Positions 33,761 through 37,138 of a stretch of 37,138 nt of DNA are shown in pieces. The position numbers and the translations under genes are program-made. The DNA lies in contig NW_021836882.1 of assembly GCF_006345805.1 (NCBI RefSeq), positions 1 to 37,138 of the forward strand, written 5' to 3'. The stretch is from Octopus sinensis. Lineage: Eukaryota. The notes under the pieces are model-generated. The model had not been told where the DNA came from and did no database searches. It saw nothing but the letters and a program-made list of their open reading frames with translations. Numbering within the stretch: position 1 is the stretch's first letter; each line of letters starts with the position of its first letter.

Positions 33761-34229
33761 AATCCTAATTTGTAAGCGTTGATTTTGTTCATTAGGTAGC
33801 TGGGTACGGCGGTTGACTTTTATCTTATGCTTCTACAAGTAATTATGCATAAATTAGCTTTTTAATTATTACAAAAACGAAAGTCAAGTGGATTTAGATA
33901 ACTATTGACAAATCCACGGCAGATAATCTGTGTTTGAGTCTGCGATGAAGACTTCAAACGCATCTTAATCAAAATCATTTTTGTTCTCCGGTTTCTCCGA
34001 ATTCGGTATCGGAATTTTCTGGGATGTGTGTGTAGCGAATGTTCGTCTGCGAAAGACTAGCGTCCTCTCCAGTGGCGAAGATGTGTTAGGAAGTACAATT
34101 AAATACCAAACGAATTAATTTCTCCAAATTATGTTGGAATGTCCGTGAAAATAGTAGATTTAGTTATTGGTGGACGTATTTACTCGTATAATACAGTTTG
34201 ACAAATTAACTCTATGAACATGGAACCAA

Positions 34230-34530
34230 TGAAGGCTCGTAGAATAGTGGTCAGAGTGTTCGGATCAAGATGGTAGGGTCGTGAGTTCGATACTTCAGCA
34301 AGATGCTTTATTCCATGTTGCTCCAGTCCACTCGGCTGGCAAAAATAAGATGTACATCTAATTCAAAATGCCAGCCTTGTTACATTCCGTGTCACACTGA
34401 ATCTCCCTGCGAACTACGTTAAGGGTACGCGTGTCTGTGGTGTGCTCAGCCACATGCACGTTAATTTCATGAGAAGGTTGTTCCGTTGGTCGGATCAACT
34501 GGAATCCTCGTCGTCGTAACCGACGGAGTG
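34230..34530 (+). mobile_element. SINE with CORE-like centre and family-A tail (type 1)
   Basis: TTGCTCCAGTCCACTCGGCTGGCAAAAA, then CCTTGTTACATTCCGTGTCACACTGAAT...GACGGAGTG matching the family A 3' half. Confidence 0.78.
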
Positions 34531-34904
34531 GGCATGGAATCAAGAGAGACGCTCAACATAGTCGCTCTACTTTGCAGAATACAAAAATGGGGTTGTGGTG
34601 GTGGTGGTGGTAATAAAAGATTGGTGGAGGTGGTGGTAGTAGCTGAGGTAATGATGGTGATGGGGCCGTTAGGTTGTCGACAGAGGCATTGCTTTTGCCT
34701 CCGGCAGTAAATCCTTCTTCATCCCGAAACCCTCCGGTGCCCTAATTAAAAGGAAACTTTAGGGAAGTTTGCCCTGAGTGTGACGCGCCAGAAGACTCGA
34801 CAAAATGAACGGAGCCTGAGTGAGGATTGATCAAAGATCTGTGTGTGTTAACAGGACTTACCTTGGGTTAAACAATTACAATATAATAGCAAATATACAG
34901 ACAC

Positions 34905-35190
34905 GTGCACACATACAGACACACACACAAATATACACAGACATACAACACACACACATACACACGCACATTTACACACACGCACACACACACAGACACA
35001 CACACGTACACACATTTACACGCACATACATACACTTACACACACTTACACACACACACATACACACATTTACACACACATTTACGCGCGCACACAAACA
35101 TTCATGCATTTACACACATACACACACGTACACACATTTACACACACACACACATACACAACACACACACACACACACATTCACACACAA
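34905..35190. repeat. (CA)n-rich compound microsatellite
   Basis: Visible array. Confidence 0.92.
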
Positions 35191-35978
35191 GCGCGCAGAG
35201 ACTCACATTTTTAAAAGAATGGTTTTTAGAAAAACTTCTTGAGACCTTTACGATATCAGAAAAATTATTTTCTTAAATTAAAAAAATTTAAGAACGTAAA
35301 AAATTTAAAACAGCTGATTGACACAAGCCTTATGGCAGAAAGTTTGTGTGTTGGGTTGAGCGCTTTTCGCTGTTTTCAGTTTTTCAAATACCGTGGGAGA
35401 AAGAGAGAGAGAGAGAGGAGGGGAGAGAAAAGGTGAGTGAGGGGTGAGAACAAAAGAGGCATATACAAAGTAAAAGATAAAAGGGTGAGTGAGAAAACCG
35501 CTTATTGGAATCGATTTAGGATGGAGTCATTAATTAACAATGACTTCTGATAATATTATGCGGATGCCATAAAAATAAATGTGAACATTTCGTGCTCATG
35601 CACCTGTTTCCAGTTAACTAATAATGATTGTGCACACACGCTCATGTATACGTATGTATGTATGTATGTATGTATGTATGCATGTATGTATGTATGTATG
35701 TATGTATGTATGTATGTATTTGTGTATATACATATGTGTGCATGTGCATGTGTGCGTGCATGTGTGTGTGAGTATATAAATATAGAAACACATATACATA
35801 TGCATATACATAAGATCTCTCTCTCTCTCTCTTTTTCTCCTGATATATATATATACACTGATATATACTAATATATATATAATCTATATATAAATATCTG
35901 TATATAAAACAATATACATAATGCATATATTATATATAAATATATATATAATATAGTATTTCTTATATATATGTATAT

Positions 35979-36031
<53 letters not shown>

Positions 36032-37036
36032 TATATATATATATATAAGCCCTAATTATATAATGTAATATTTTGAATTCGCATAAATAGGTCCTTTTAC
36101 ATAATGAACACTGGTGAAATTGATTAATTAATTAATTTTACTCAATTGTTGATTTATAATTCATTTCTCTCGGGCATTACTGCCTCGGTTCTCGGGTTTT
36201 AAAATATGATGTTGCTAGATAGACCACATGGGTGGAAGGGGAGTGCAGAATTTACGCCCTGCGCATTTTGAATTGTTGACACTGTTTAGTTGGAGTGGTT
36301 CATCTGAAGCGACAAGTTCGCTGATAGGTAAAGTTCCTTCTTTTTAGTGTTCCAAATCCAAATTAAGAAATTTGAGCTGACGAAAGAAATGCTGATTTTA
36401 TTTGGCTAATCTTGAAACGTTGACATACTCAACGATCTATGTACTTGTGATATTTTCTGATTTTACCCCAAACCTTCGTGAGCTGTCTGGAGTAAACATT
36501 ATCTGAGAGAAATTTTCTTTAAGTAGTAGAAATGCTAAGAAAAAAATTTTTTTGGCTGCTATTCTACTAAGTTCAGTATGTGGCAAAGTAATTGAGGTTT
36601 ACTAAGCCCTTAGTATATAATGTAAGAAAAGTATTATATATATACAATAATACATACATATATACGTATATATATATCTGTATATATCTGGTGTGTGTGT
36701 GTGTATATAGGTATATATATATACAGACATCCTATGTATATACATACATGTATGAGTGTATGTTTCTCTCTGTCTCTCTCTGTCACTTAACACACACGCA
36801 CGCACACACACACACACACACACACGCACACACACATACTTATAATCGTCCATAAATAGACTAATATCGTCCAGCCATACCAGCCAGGTTAGTGCAGCCG
36901 TACCTCCAATTCCACCACAATTCCACCACAATGAACATAAGCCTATCCTCGTAAACGGCGCTTCTGTCGCCTTGATCTTCATAATCATTATACGTTTGAC
37001 ATTAATATCAGTGTTAGTAGCTATATACCTAGAACA

Positions 37037-37138
37037 GTGGAGGCGCAATGGCCCAGTGGTTAGGGCAGCGGGCTCGCGGTCGTAGGATCGCGGTTTCGAT
37101 TCCCAGACCGGGCGTTGTGAGTGTTTATTGAGCGAAAA
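37037..37138 (+). mobile_element. SINE family A, 5' part (cut by window end)
   Basis: GTGGAGGCGCAATGGCCCAGTGGTTAGGGCAGCG... Confidence 0.88.

Noticed and set aside
36850-37035. Open frames on both strands, one hydrophobic
   Set aside because: Strand ambiguous, no homology recognised, truncated by a SINE.

Overview
AT-rich, repeat-dense animal genomic DNA. The repeat families resemble, from recall only, those of Octopus (a coleoid cephalopod); this is inference. Almost all ORFs in the supplied track are microsatellite or SINE artefacts. The one gene I can name is a Josephin-family deubiquitinase: its first recognisable coding exon is at 1555-1685 on the - strand and the rest lies off the left edge. 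Short exons of two unidentified genes appear interleaved on opposite strands. On + there is a duplicated 78-nt phase-0 exon (17910-17987 and 24992-25069); on - there is a phase-consistent exon chain (19701-19735, 18469-18546, 15026-15068). The remainder is tRNA-derived SINEs of several families, decayed LINEs (REL/R4-like, RTE, CR1-like), a DD37D Tc1/mariner, hAT-type and GG-ended MITEs, foldback palindromes, a 45-bp minisatellite and large microsatellites. The most striking unexplained signal is about a dozen minimal type-I hammerhead-ribozyme-like motifs from at least 5 repeat contexts. These include one filling the loop of a 135-bp inverted repeat, four in a mirror-symmetric cluster, and a family sitting downstream of a tRNA-like Pol III head. 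Most copies carry core mutations, and none has been tested for activity.
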